Source: a virus
Taxonomy: Duplodnaviria; Caudoviricetes
DNA length: 52,668 nt
Strand: one strand, 5' to 3'
IMG/VR virus record: IMGVR_UViG_3300025010_000079
Coordinates: 1-52,668 of that record
A program made the position numbers and the translations under genes. Below the pieces are notes generated by a model. The model was not told the DNA's origin. It saw nothing but the letters and a program-made list of their open reading frames with translations, and searched no databases. This document shows positions 1 to 10,862 of the stretch, piece by piece. The first letter of the stretch is position 1. Each line of letters begins with the position of its first letter.

Positions 1-43
1 TTACTTCTTGTTTTACTACATAATAATCTGTTTTCTTACTCAA
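1..43 (-). CDS. Small hypothetical protein, 5' part only (MSKKTDYYVVKTRS...)
   Basis: GGAGAG RBS then TTG at 43; frame runs off the window edge. Confidence 0.5.
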   Translation of the reverse strand, partial: MSKKTDYYVVKQEV

Positions 44-91
44 TATTATCACTCTCCAAATCAATTTATTTAAATTAAAAAGGACTAGTAT

Positions 92-262
92 TTACACTAA
101 TCCTTGTTTTCTTTGCGTAAGGTATTCAAGTAACTTTTCAGTTCTAAGAAATACCCAACAATATTTGTTCGTATTTTCATTTAATGTTCGTACTATGTAT
201 CTTTCACCGATATCTATTAATTCCTTTTTAAGTCTATTACTATAGCAATAAAAAGGTTTCAA
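92..262 (-). CDS. 56-aa hypothetical protein (MKPFYCYSNRLKKELIDIGERY...), not in ORF track
   Basis: AAGGGAG RBS, TTG start, TAA stop at 92-94. Confidence 0.7.
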   Translation of the reverse strand: MKPFYCYSNRLKKELIDIGERYIVRTLNENTNKYCWVFLRTEKLLEYLTQRKQGLV

Positions 263-297
263 ATTAAAACACTCCCTTTAAATTAAATTATAACTAC

Positions 298-1884
298 TTA
301 TCTAATATTACTTTCCTTATCCTGCCCTATGATGGTTGCGTCAGAAGGCGTAGAAGTTGTTGGTCTTCCATTTGTAGCATCTGAATTTGCCTGATTCATA
401 TTTAAAGGAGGTTTCCAGGTATCCTTAGATTTAACTAAATTCTCATACTCTAATGTGGCATTATAATCATCGCTATTATGTCCAGCTATACTACTAATTA
501 CATTAAGTGATCCTCCAATTGAAGTTAATTTATATTGTTTGTCAAAAATTTCTTGCTGATTAAACCAAGTTATTTTCCATATATTAAGTTTAAAAGTATA
601 TTTCTTTCTGAGATTTACATTACTTATCCTATAATTAAACCAACTTTGAATCTTGTCAAGCACTACAAAAACTAAAGATTGGATATATATTAGATTTTGA
701 GTTACACCAACAGATGAGTTTGTAGAACTACCACCTAACACTAGAGGATTAGCTCCACCTTGCATGTATGCCATATTCTTAGCAAAATCAATCAATTCTG
801 TTTTCTGATTTTGTGAACTTTTAAAAGGGATCTCTTTGAGTGGATAGGGACATCCTACAACACATACATTTTCTGGTAATCCGTTTGCAACAACTGAAAC
901 CCACTCAGAAACTCTTTCTGGTTCTATTAATGGAATGCCAGTCTCTTTGTCATTCGGAAATTCAATTCCAACCATCTTGACCTTCTCATCCCTAGAACTC
1001 TCTATCTCTTCATCAATTAAATCATTAAGCAAAAATAATTCAGTAAATAATTGACTATATAAAGGCAAAAAGAAAGTATCATTATCTCCACCTAATTTAA
1101 TACAACATACTTTTTCACTAGGTAAAGGTTGCCATTCTGGATATCTCATTTTATCTGGATTCTTTTTATATCTATCATATAACACCTTAATTTCAGTAGG
1201 ATATACTCCCCATGCAAATTCAGATAATTCATTATCTCTTGATAAATCATCAAAATATTTGAAGTTCATTTCCACCTTATATTGTCCACCAAGAATTGAA
1301 TATAATCTAATATACTTTATTGGTAAATCCCATAGATAAGGAAAATTTCCATCATTTTTCTCAAATCCACAATATGCACCATATCGAACTACACTTTCAA
1401 TAATTCTTCTTCCGGTTTTCTTTATATCAATATTTTCAATATAATATCTAACTGTATCAAATTCATTTTCAAAATTGTTCAATATTTTATCAAATGCTTC
1501 TTGGTCTATTGGATTGCCTAATTCATCAAATTTAGTTTTTGCTTTCAATTCTAAATTTAATTTTCTCATTGTTGATTTTGTTGGTTGAAGATAGTTATCT
1601 AAAGTTGCCATATTTGAGGTTAGATTAACTAATGTTTTATATATTCCTTCAGGAGCATATAATAAATCAGATAAATCTAGAATTTCTGTTTGATATTTAT
1701 TTGGATTATGTAACCATAATTTTATTTTGTCTATTGTAATGTTTTTGTTGTTTTTTGTTGATTTTTTGTTAGAGAAAAATGAAGCAATACGAGATAATGA
1801 GAAGTTTTTTGATTTTGATGGTTCCCATGATTCTTTTAACGCGAATAGATTAGGGGAGAGGGGTTTGTTTTCTTGGTCTGACAA
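298..1884 (-). CDS. Putative portal protein (SPbeta YonE-like)
   Basis: 528 aa directly downstream of terL; size, position and low-complexity C-terminal GRP tail typical of SPbeta-type portals. Confidence 0.75.
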   Translation of the reverse strand: MSDQENKPLSPNLFALKESWEPSKSKNFSLSRIASFFSNKKSTKNNKNITIDKIKLWLHNPNKYQTEILDLSDLLYAPEGIYKTLVNLTSNMATLDNYLQPTKSTMRKLNLELKAKTKFDELGNPIDQEAFDKILNNFENEFDTVRYYIENIDIKKTGRRIIESVVRYGAYCGFEKNDGNFPYLWDLPIKYIRLYSILGGQYKVEMNFKYFDDLSRDNELSEFAWGVYPTEIKVLYDRYKKNPDKMRYPEWQPLPSEKVCCIKLGGDNDTFFLPLYSQLFTELFLLNDLIDEEIESSRDEKVKMVGIEFPNDKETGIPLIEPERVSEWVSVVANGLPENVCVVGCPYPLKEIPFKSSQNQKTELIDFAKNMAYMQGGANPLVLGGSSTNSSVGVTQNLIYIQSLVFVVLDKIQSWFNYRISNVNLRKKYTFKLNIWKITWFNQQEIFDKQYKLTSIGGSLNVISSIAGHNSDDYNATLEYENLVKSKDTWKPPLNMNQANSDATNGRPTTSTPSDATIIGQDKESNIR

Positions 1885-1918
1885 GGATTGACCTCCTTTC
1901 TGTTTGTTTTATATTTTT

Positions 1919-3242
1919 TTAGTGTCTTGCTCGGCTTGATTTATTTGCTATTGCGAAGTATGATGAGGGGGAAATGTTTGTTGGACGTTTTTTATTAGTA
2001 ATATTCTTTCTTCTTAAATCATGTAAATAATGAGCAAGCATGATAATAGTGTAAAAACGGTCATCGTTCATTATGCGTTCTTTGTCTTTTGGTAATTTAT
2101 ATGATCTATTTGTCTTTTCTGGATTCTCAAATTTATAGATTGATGTTATTTCTGTTTTTAAAATATCCATATTGATTAAAGAAACTTCCTCCTCAAGAGA
2201 TAAATGTTTCTTTATTAGTTTTATTTCTTCGCCTTTTGCTTCTTGTAGCGTTACATATCCTTTTCCATCATATTCTTTTGGAAATTTTAATAAGTCTAAT
2301 TGCATTAACTCTATAAATTCATCAACCATTTGAGTGCGGTATTTATTTGGAGAGAATAATTTCAATTTATCACTAGCATTTGGATATCTATTTTCATATC
2401 CTGAGTATAATTCATAATCTTTATCTAAAAATCCTTTATGAACTACTCCTTTAACGTCCTTCCAATCTTCTAATAAATTATCTGCATAAGCACTAATTCC
2501 TCCACCTCCGGCTCCAGGATCAATGCTCAATATCTCGATATTTTGATAATCTGGTGCATTCCCATTGTAAGCTAATATACATTCTTTTAGTGCTTTAATT
2601 TGATCAGGAGATGACATTTTAATACCTTTTTTACTGGCTATATCAATTAAATTAGTACAATTAACTATTTCTCCATAATAACCTATGTTTTCATCATATA
2701 TTATTTTCATTACAGTTATTATACTTTGGTCTCCGCTACGTGCGGGGTCAAATGCTATTGCATATGTAAACCCTTCAACATAAGATAATTCAGGAAGTAT
2801 AAAAATTTCATTGCGTCTAATTTGCCCCCATTTGACAATTTGATTTTCACCGCCGTCTTTCGTAAAACGATTGTAATATTCTCGTTCGGCCTTACTTTTA
2901 TTTGCTCTCATAGCACTGTCAATTTTAGCTTGTGTTAAAAGAGGAGGATATATCTCTCCATCCAATGTAGGATTCAATGGAATATCACAAGGAATATCAC
3001 AACAGAAAAAATCAGAATTTCCAGCAAACATTTGTTTAGCAAAATTTTTATAATGTCTGTAAAAAGTAGTATCAACATCACTTGCAGAAGACGCATAAAT
3101 TAATTGAGTTGGGCATTTTTTTCTTTGTGCTTTTATATTAAAATCCTTTTTAATTGATGTTTTAAAGTTTGATTCTTGTGCTGCAAATGCTTCCATTACA
3201 CTAATTGCATTCTCTGACATAAAACCACTTTCATCGAAAAAT
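1919..3242 (-). CDS. terL: Terminase large subunit, exon 2 (Walker B FFDE and RNase H-like nuclease domain)
   Basis: Frame extends upstream of the ATG at 3220 as FFDESGF; nuclease motifs AFDPARSGD and NDDRFY. Confidence 0.9.
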
Positions 3243-3534
3243 CAATGTTGTTATCCATAAGGTTTTTTATCCCTATGTTCTCACAGTTCGTATTCCTGTG
3301 ACGTTCAGCATACATTTTCTTCACATTGTATAATAATAAAACAATGGTGGTGAGAAGGAGGACACTCGTGGGGAAATTATAGTCTTCTTCCGAAGGATCA
3401 TTCCCTATGCGTTACGGTGAGACATAAATTTTACAATTATGCTTTACCTCGGTACTTGGAATCACACCATCCACCGATTTTGCCCCCTAATAATTTGTAG
3501 TTACGCTACCACTTTCACTACAAACGGCATTTCT
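3243..3534 (-). ncRNA. Group I self-splicing intron, 292 nt, no internal ORF
   Basis: 5' exon ends in U (TTG GT|) and intron ends in G (CAACATTG|A), restoring GTA Val in ...RATLV-FFDE. P1 UGGU/GCCG with the U-G pair; P10 AGAAAU/AUUUUU; P7 GCAUA/UAUGC; core segments GGGGGCAAAAUCGGUG, ACCGAGGUAA, CCGUAACGCAUA, AAUGUAUGCUGAAC. Confidence 0.92.
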
Positions 3535-4064
3535 ACCAATGTGGCCCTTTTGCTCCTGTTATTATCTGGATCTCCATTTAGTGAATATATTTCACTCCCA
3601 TTGTAAAAACCAACATTAAATCCTGATTGTGCATGACTGAACCCAGTTTGACATGCAGGTGATTTAGAAGTTTCTTGTTTTACAATATCTTGTAATGAAT
3701 CAATTGAACTTGCAGTTTTGCCTAATCCTAAAACAATTTCTTCAATTTTTGTGAAAAGCTCCTTACTTTGATCTCCGACTGGTGCTGCGATATATATAGA
3801 TTGATTTTCATACAATACGGCCTTCAATATTATTATTATTGCACCAAGAAATGATTTTCCTGCCGATCTAGAACACGCCCATAAACTCATAGGCTTATTC
3901 CACGATTCTTGTAATATGTATTTTTGCATATCGAGGAGTTTAATTCCCAAAATAACTTCGCAAGCAATAATTGGATTTCGTCTGAGGAATTTTATAGTTT
4001 TTGAATTTGCTTTATATAATTCTATCTTTCTTGTACTTAATATACCTTGATTTCTTTTAGCCAT
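3535..4064 (-). CDS. terL: Terminase large subunit, exon 1 (ATPase N-terminus)
   Basis: Walker A-like SRSAGKS; ends RSKRATLV just before Walker B. Spliced product is 617 aa. Confidence 0.9.
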
Positions 4065-5238
4065 TAACTATATCACCAACTTGTTCAACACTCTTGTTCC
4101 CAAGTCGAACGTGTAATTGTCGATTTTCCTCTTCTAAATCAATAATTTTTGTTTGTAAATCACCTAATAACTGTCTTTGAGTAAGAAGTATATCATTTAA
4201 ATCATTCTCATCTAACTGTAATTGTTCTAAAATGCTCCTGTTTGATATATCTGCAACTAATTTCATACCATAAGCTTTGTTTTGATCATAATAATCTTGT
4301 TCAGCTTCTTCAAAGTTTAATTCTCTATATTCTTTCATTAAAGATGTTAATGTAGATTTTCCTGCTGATTTGTCTCCTCTGTTTTTTACAGAAATTGAAT
4401 TTTCTTTTGCAATCTTATCTGTACTACCTACTATTTGACTCTTAGTTGCAGATAATGATTTTATATCTCCTTGATTAGAAATTAATGTTTTTGTGTCATT
4501 ACTTAAACTAGAAATAACTAAATCTATTTTTCTAATTTGGTTGTTATTATTAACTAATTGTAGAACCTGTGAAAGTTTAAAAGCATCACTTAATAAATCT
4601 TCATCCAAATAAGTAATTAATTCATTATACAAAAACTTCTGATCAAAATTAGAATATCCAGCAAAAGGGTCATAACTTATAAGTCTAATCACATCACCTT
4701 TAACTTGTAAGTCATTTTCGGTTAGTTGTATATTATAATCTAAGTCTTTTACTTCAAGTTCTAAAGCGTTAGTTATAAGGTCTTTCCCCGTTTCTTTATC
4801 AAATAAGAACTTTGGATCAAAACCAGTTAAAGAATTATTAAAATTACCCAATGAATTAACTTTTGTCATGTAAATTTTAAAAGGATGAGAAGATTGATTA
4901 TTTACACATTGCTTCATTGCTCCATCGTAATCACCTTCATTAAATGGAATATCAAACTTCATACAAGTTATTAAGATAGCTTTCTTCATATCTTTTAAAA
5001 TATTATAATAAGTATCATATGTACTCCAAACACATTCCTTACAGAAACCCATCCATGGATGTTCAGGATGTTTTAAATTTATACCTACATATAAAGGAGA
5101 TAAGCTTTTATAAAAAGTGGATGCTCCTTTTACTGAAGATTTTGCTTCTCCACACATGGGACATGTTATTGTATTATTTTCAATATCAACTTGTGGCACA
5201 ATTGAATTATTTGCCACTGATTTTTTTTGTCTTGCCAC
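4057..5238 (-). CDS. YonG-like protein, putative terminase small subunit
   Basis: N-terminal CxxC...CxxC zinc finger, helical C-terminus, overlaps the terL start; syntenic with SPbeta yonG. Confidence 0.6.
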   Translation of the reverse strand: MARQKKSVANNSIVPQVDIENNTITCPMCGEAKSSVKGASTFYKSLSPLYVGINLKHPEHPWMGFCKECVWSTYDTYYNILKDMKKAILITCMKFDIPFNEGDYDGAMKQCVNNQSSHPFKIYMTKVNSLGNFNNSLTGFDPKFLFDKETGKDLITNALELEVKDLDYNIQLTENDLQVKGDVIRLISYDPFAGYSNFDQKFLYNELITYLDEDLLSDAFKLSQVLQLVNNNNQIRKIDLVISSLSNDTKTLISNQGDIKSLSATKSQIVGSTDKIAKENSISVKNRGDKSAGKSTLTSLMKEYRELNFEEAEQDYYDQNKAYGMKLVADISNRSILEQLQLDENDLNDILLTQRQLLGDLQTKIIDLEEENRQLHVRLGNKSVEQVGDIVNG

Positions 5239-5257
5239 TAAGTTTCACTTCCTTGAT

Positions 5258-6442
5258 TTATTTAACTTCTTTCAATAAAACATTACAATATTTATATTTG
5301 TATTCTAATAAATTATCAAATTCAAAATTTCTATACCTGACACAAAATTCCTCAAATTGTTCTTTATTATTATTTGAATAATTATATGTATCGTGATAAA
5401 GTTTGTGGAGTGATTTACATAAACAAACTCCATTTCCGTAATATTTATGCTTATTATGTAGCAAATTATAAATTAAGTCTCTTTCTTCCTCAGAATATTC
5501 ACCTATAGTCTTTAACATAGGTAATTTTAATTCTTCAAATAATTCATATACAATATTTTTAAAATTATATAGATGGTGGACATTATCAAATTCCCCATGA
5601 GTTAAAATGCATTTATAATTACATTCTTCCATAGAAGACTTTTTCCAATCTTGCAAATGGTCACGCAAATCGTAGTATAATTCCTTTATACCTCCTGCCC
5701 AACGACCATTTAATTCTCCATTTAATGGATTGATGTGTCTGGGATTTTTATCTCCCTTCCATACACCTTTCTTTCTAATGGAGATAAGTTTACGTCTTTT
5801 ATCATCTTTGTCCCATTTTACACCATATAGTGGATTATTTTCGCCTACATATTTCCCTTTTCTCGCTATAGATATTTTTCTTCTAGTTTCTTCGGGTAAA
5901 TGTTTACCATAATTATAGTTTTTATCACCTGCTAATTTCAATCCTTGTTGTTTATCTGCTCTTCTAGATGTTTCATACGTCTTATTTATTTTACCCATCT
6001 TAAAAGCTTTATTTATTAAACCTTTGTTAGTCTCTTCTAGAAAATACAATTCTATTAATTCTTCATTTGTAAAATGAGGATATACTTTTATAAATAATTC
6101 TTCTTTTTCTTCTGTCCACCATTGTTTGGGAATATATTCGTCTTTCATAAAATGCCCATCTTTACCACACTCACGACAGACATTGCGTAAACCATCTTTA
6201 CATAATTTATCAGGTGGAAAATATTTAATATCAACCTCTAACTCACGATTACATTTCTTGCAAAATTTATAACCATCTTTAGGTTTTGGTAAATTAAACA
6301 TCTTCTTTTTGTTTCTGCACTCTTTACATTGAGTAGTTAATCCGTCTGTGTTATATTTATCACTATTAAAATAATCTTTTGTGGCAGGGAATTCCCTTTC
6401 ACAACCACTACATTTTTTTGCTTTAACCTCTAAATCTTCCAT
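5258..6442 (-). CDS. Free-standing HNH homing endonuclease with Zn fingers and NUMOD3-like motifs
   Basis: Two CxxC..CxxC units, NYNYGKHLPEETRRKIS and GENNPLYG motifs, C-terminal VHHL...NGVCLCKSLHKLYH. ATG 6442 follows an AGAAGG RBS. Confidence 0.85.
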   Translation of the reverse strand: MEDLEVKAKKCSGCEREFPATKDYFNSDKYNTDGLTTQCKECRNKKKMFNLPKPKDGYKFCKKCNRELEVDIKYFPPDKLCKDGLRNVCRECGKDGHFMKDEYIPKQWWTEEKEELFIKVYPHFTNEELIELYFLEETNKGLINKAFKMGKINKTYETSRRADKQQGLKLAGDKNYNYGKHLPEETRRKISIARKGKYVGENNPLYGVKWDKDDKRRKLISIRKKGVWKGDKNPRHINPLNGELNGRWAGGIKELYYDLRDHLQDWKKSSMEECNYKCILTHGEFDNVHHLYNFKNIVYELFEELKLPMLKTIGEYSEEERDLIYNLLHNKHKYYGNGVCLCKSLHKLYHDTYNYSNNNKEQFEEFCVRYRNFEFDNLLEYKYKYCNVLLKEVK

Positions 6443-6747
6443 TATTCCAAAACCTTCTTTCTGCAAATTACATACCCTCTGCACTAACCACTAACCAAAA
6501 TCAACCACATAAAAAGTAAATAGAAGATAGGGTGCAGAGATGGGATCATGACTCCCAAAAAACCTATCTTCCTAGTCCACATATTCCTGTGAATAACAAA
6601 TAATCCAAAAAACTTCTGCTTGGATTATCGACTTACCCACAAAACTTTATATTCTCTTCTATTATTTATCCCATACACACAGAAAACGCCTGATTGCTCA
6701 AGCGTCTTATAACTTAGTAGACTTTATTTATCACCTATGATTATTAT

Positions 6748-7509
6748 CTAATTTAACAAAATATTATCATTATTACTCAACATACCATTTCCATACTTAA
6801 CCTCTAACTGATGCTTTATATAATCCTGCTTAAATCCTAAAGTGGTCAATGCAGTTACAATCGTTTCTGCCTCATCTACAATCTTTAATTCAGTCTCAGT
6901 TAAGTAATCTCTAGTTAAGTCACTCTTTTTATTTATATTTCTAGTTTCTCTTATTTGCTTTGCTTTCATATTAAACAAAATAAGATATACCATATCTGTG
7001 TAATTACTATACGTATATTTATTTATATTTGGTACATATTCTTGAATACTAGAGGTCATTCTTTTTCTATCAACTTTTCCAACTTCTCTTTGTAAATTCC
7101 ATTCTTTTTGCTTCCCTAAAAATGCTTGTGCCAACACATCTTTCGCATTTAGTTGATAATCAATAAGTTTATCGACTAAATTTGGATTGTTGTTTATCAT
7201 TTTATTTGTAATTGAAATTTTAGCTAACCACAAAGGTAAAAATTCTAATTCTAAGCATAAAGACTGCTGATTTCCTCCCTTTGTAGGGAGAACTAAATTT
7301 CGTTCCCCTTTAGAAAGTACAATATCTTCCTGAATTTTTATTCTTTCATTCTGCATTTGACCTTTGGACAAACCTATTCCATTACAAACCCAATTCACAC
7401 CTACATAACTTTTACCATCGTCCTTCATTCTGACTGTCATTATAGAATCACCATTGAAATCGACTTCCATTAACTCCATTTCTTTAAATTTTACTAATTG
7501 TCCAACCAT
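6748..7509 (-). CDS. Phage antirepressor-like protein (P22 Ant N-terminal-type domain)
   Basis: VDFNGDSI...YVGVNWVCNGIGL...LPTKGGNQQSLCLELEFLPLWLAKI motif. Confidence 0.8.
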   Translation of the reverse strand: MVGQLVKFKEMELMEVDFNGDSIMTVRMKDDGKSYVGVNWVCNGIGLSKGQMQNERIKIQEDIVLSKGERNLVLPTKGGNQQSLCLELEFLPLWLAKISITNKMINNNPNLVDKLIDYQLNAKDVLAQAFLGKQKEWNLQREVGKVDRKRMTSSIQEYVPNINKYTYSNYTDMVYLILFNMKAKQIRETRNINKKSDLTRDYLTETELKIVDEAETIVTALTTLGFKQDYIKHQLEVKYGNGMLSNNDNILLN

Positions 7510-7704
7510 ACAATTACTCCTCTGCTCATTTTTATAGTGGAAGTACGAGCAATACTTATCAGTGCGTTTATAGCAACCTATCCCTGCATTGTATTTTTAC
7601 AATACAAATGACTCCACTAATTTCTTAATGGAGTCTATCTATTGTAAAAATATTAAATTAACTAACAATTCACCCATTTAAAACTTAGAATTTATTGGAT
7701 AATT

Positions 7705-8400
7705 CTAATCCTCTAAAAACTCCCTCGTCTCATCCTTAGCATTTTCATACCCCATAGACATACATTCTTGCAACATATTATAAAGAATGTTCCTCAGTTG
7801 AGATCCGCACTCACATTCGCTATTCTCAATATACTGAGCATAATGTTCTACCAATCCAATTTCATATTCTTCTTCATCTGTGAATTCTCCACGGGACATT
7901 TTACAATCAACGCATTGACATGGAACACAATTATCATCATTTAAATATTCATCAACATTACCATTTTCACATTCATCCATACTCTCAATATCTATATCAT
8001 CAATAATATCATCATCAATTAATTCACAAAATACTACTTTAGTATCCCTACCTCCTAAAAATTCTCTAACATCTCCAAAAGACATATCCGTAAATACAAA
8101 ATAATCTAGATTATCGCCTTCACTATATTTATACGCTCCTACTTGATCCCATTTTGCATACTCACAAAAGAAATCAATATCTCCATCTTTATAAAAGGAC
8201 ATAGAGACATAATATTCATTAATTTCTGAAGATAATTCAACTGAATTTGCTTCAACTCCATATTCATTTCCCAAATAATCATAAATATAATGAGCTAATT
8301 CAAATCCACAGACAAATGTAAAATCTCTATCAGATTCAATGTGAGAATCAATAATTTCTTCGATTTGAGATAATGTATATTTTTGCTTATTAATTTGCAT
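7705..8400 (-). CDS. Acidic hypothetical protein with Cys motifs (YonH-like position)
   Basis: 231-aa D/E-rich ORF with RBS; CQCVDC and CECG motifs. Confidence 0.75.
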   Translation of the reverse strand: MQINKQKYTLSQIEEIIDSHIESDRDFTFVCGFELAHYIYDYLGNEYGVEANSVELSSEINEYYVSMSFYKDGDIDFFCEYAKWDQVGAYKYSEGDNLDYFVFTDMSFGDVREFLGGRDTKVVFCELIDDDIIDDIDIESMDECENGNVDEYLNDDNCVPCQCVDCKMSRGEFTDEEEYEIGLVEHYAQYIENSECECGSQLRNILYNMLQECMSMGYENAKDETREFLED

Positions 8401-8453
8401 AGTTATTATTCCTGCCTTTATATTTTATTTTTATTAATATTAATAAATCATAA

Positions 8454-8945
8454 CTACTCTTCTTCAATTACATCAAATTGACTCATAAAACTATCCAATT
8501 GCACATCTAACTGAGCAGAAACCTTAATCATACCATTTCCAAGTTGACTATATATTTCAGTAGATGTTTCTAAACCAGTTTTTGTTTTTATCGCGTCTAT
8601 GTAATTAGTTAATAATTCCTTTGCTTCATAATCATCCATTTCTCTAATGGTATAAATTATATCTAGCAATTCTTGACATTGAGGGCAATCGCATTCTTCA
8701 TTAGATTCATATTCGGAATCATTAGAATTGTATTTATTGATATTAGTTACTTTACTAGATTTTGAAGTATTACTATTTTCAGGACTTCCATTCATTTTAG
8801 GGAGTGGAGGTAGAACAAATAGAGATTCATCTTGTTCCATTGAATCATATACTTCTTTTGTGACAAATTTATTGTTTATTTGGTATGAAGTTTCATTTGT
8901 TGTTTCATTGATAATCTCTTTGAACTTGATTTTGCTAAATTCCAT
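8454..8945 (-). CDS. Acidic hypothetical protein with CDCPQC motif
   Basis: 163-aa ORF with GAGGA RBS. Confidence 0.75.
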   Translation of the reverse strand: MEFSKIKFKEIINETTNETSYQINNKFVTKEVYDSMEQDESLFVLPPLPKMNGSPENSNTSKSSKVTNINKYNSNDSEYESNEECDCPQCQELLDIIYTIREMDDYEAKELLTNYIDAIKTKTGLETSTEIYSQLGNGMIKVSAQLDVQLDSFMSQFDVIEEE

Positions 8946-8978
8946 AAAATTATCCTCATAAATCTTTCTTATTTTAAT

Positions 8979-10184
8979 TTAATATTTAATATCATTTATA
9001 TATTTCTTCCCATATCCTTTACGAACTACAAACATTGTAGAACCTGCATCAGAACTCTTTTTAATGTCTTTTGCATACTCATTAATTCCCATAATTGATC
9101 TAACTTGAATAACTTCTTTCCCTTTTGCAACTTCAAATTCATTCTTCGTATGAAGATGTCCAACTACGAAATAATCAACTGATATTCCATATGTATTTTC
9201 ATAATCTTGAATACTTGTTTTAAGATTATTTTCCTTGTTACCATGAGCAGTTAAAAAGTTAAATCCATTAATATTAAAATAGTTCAAACCATCAAGACTA
9301 TCACAAATATTAACTCTTGGATTATTCTTAAAACACTTTTTTAATGTTCTTGTATAGATGCGCTCTAAATTCTCATGAGGAAAATCACCTTTTTTACCAG
9401 TTAAAATTCTCAAGTCTGAATGATTTCCTTCTGAAGTATAAAAATCAATACTGAATTTATCACATAATGAGAATAACCATTCCTCAATGAAATCAGCATA
9501 ATCCATAATATCATCCACAATGTTTCCTTTTAATGATTTAAGCTGACTAATATGTAAGATTCCTTCAATACTGTCTCCTAAATCAGTAATAGATAACTTT
9601 TTAATATTGTGCTTATTTCCAAAATCTATAAGTTCGTCCCTATATTCAATCATTCTTTTCTTAAATATTTTAGGATTATACTCATTAATAATTTCTCCAC
9701 TAAATCCTTTTATAGAAAATTCACAACCATAATGAGAATCCGCAAATGCACTAAATAATTCATCATCATTTCCATTAATTAATATAGGAGAAGGAATTGA
9801 TCTATTTTTCTTAGTAATTAGTTTTTTAATAGATTCATCTATTCTTTCATAGAATAATTCTTCTCTTGATTGCTCTTTTAACCAAGCATTATATTCATTC
9901 TTTTCATCTCTTAATTTTTGTCTTTCTTTGTACAATTCTCTTTTCTGAGTTTCATATTCCTTCAATACCTTATCACCAGAAACAAATTCCTTCTTAGTAT
10001 CCTCTACGCCTTCAAAATAAGCTTTTGCCCACTTGCGGTAACTAGACTCTCCTTGATTCTTCCCTGTTTCCTTATTAAGCAAATCAGCAATTTCTTGAGA
10101 TTTAAGATTATATAAATCTTTGTTAGCAAATAGGCGAATTTTATAATCTTTAATAGATTCTTGATCTTTTCTTATATATTCCAT
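8979..10184 (-). CDS. Calcineurin-like metallophosphoesterase (SPbeta YonJ-like)
   Basis: DSHYG, DLGD, GNHS, AHG and GHLH motifs after an N-terminal helical region. Confidence 0.88.
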   Translation of the reverse strand: MEYIRKDQESIKDYKIRLFANKDLYNLKSQEIADLLNKETGKNQGESSYRKWAKAYFEGVEDTKKEFVSGDKVLKEYETQKRELYKERQKLRDEKNEYNAWLKEQSREELFYERIDESIKKLITKKNRSIPSPILINGNDDELFSAFADSHYGCEFSIKGFSGEIINEYNPKIFKKRMIEYRDELIDFGNKHNIKKLSITDLGDSIEGILHISQLKSLKGNIVDDIMDYADFIEEWLFSLCDKFSIDFYTSEGNHSDLRILTGKKGDFPHENLERIYTRTLKKCFKNNPRVNICDSLDGLNYFNINGFNFLTAHGNKENNLKTSIQDYENTYGISVDYFVVGHLHTKNEFEVAKGKEVIQVRSIMGINEYAKDIKKSSDAGSTMFVVRKGYGKKYINDIKY

Positions 10185-10245
10185 TTATACCTCACGTATA
10201 AGTTTTATTTTCAATTTTAACAATCACAAATCGACCAGTGTGATT

Positions 10246-10413
10246 TTACTGTTTATCTTCTAATTCCAACAATTCTAACCAATTACCAACGTCCCTTGGC
10301 TCCCAATGTCCACATCTATTACATAAAGTAATATCCTTATAATTAATGTATTTAGGCCAGTATTTTTCAAATCCGCACTTAGGGCAACATGTATATTTTT
10401 CTTCTTTATTCAA
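10246..10413 (-). CDS. Small zinc-ribbon protein
   Basis: AAAGGAGG RBS then TTG at 10413; CPKC...CNRC. Confidence 0.7.
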   Translation of the reverse strand: MNKEEKYTCCPKCGFEKYWPKYINYKDITLCNRCGHWEPRDVGNWLELLELEDKQ

Positions 10414-10862
10414 TTTTATTAATCCTCCTTTAAGAGAATATAGTAAATTATTAAGGGACACCTAATATGAATTTAGATGTCCCAATTGGCATTACGACTA
10501 GTAATTATATGAAGACAGTTTATGAAACTTCTTCCAACTTAGATATAATGGCAATTTTTATCTCGGATATCATTGCCAAAACCCATTTAGTAAGTCTTTA
10601 TCTTAGGTTAATGATAAATAACCATTAACTGTCCTGTAGAGGACTTTGTTTTTATTCTATCATTCTCATCTGAGCAATATTAATATGTAAGAAGAGACTA
10701 TATTTACTCTCCTATTTGTCGTAATGTATGAAGGCAACCACTAAATTAATCGCAGTTGCCTTATTTGAATTCTTGCAAGAAAATAACTTACGTAGTTCTC
10801 TTGCTATTTCAACATTGAATCATAACTTTCGTATTTCTTCAATGTATCTACATAATTTTATT

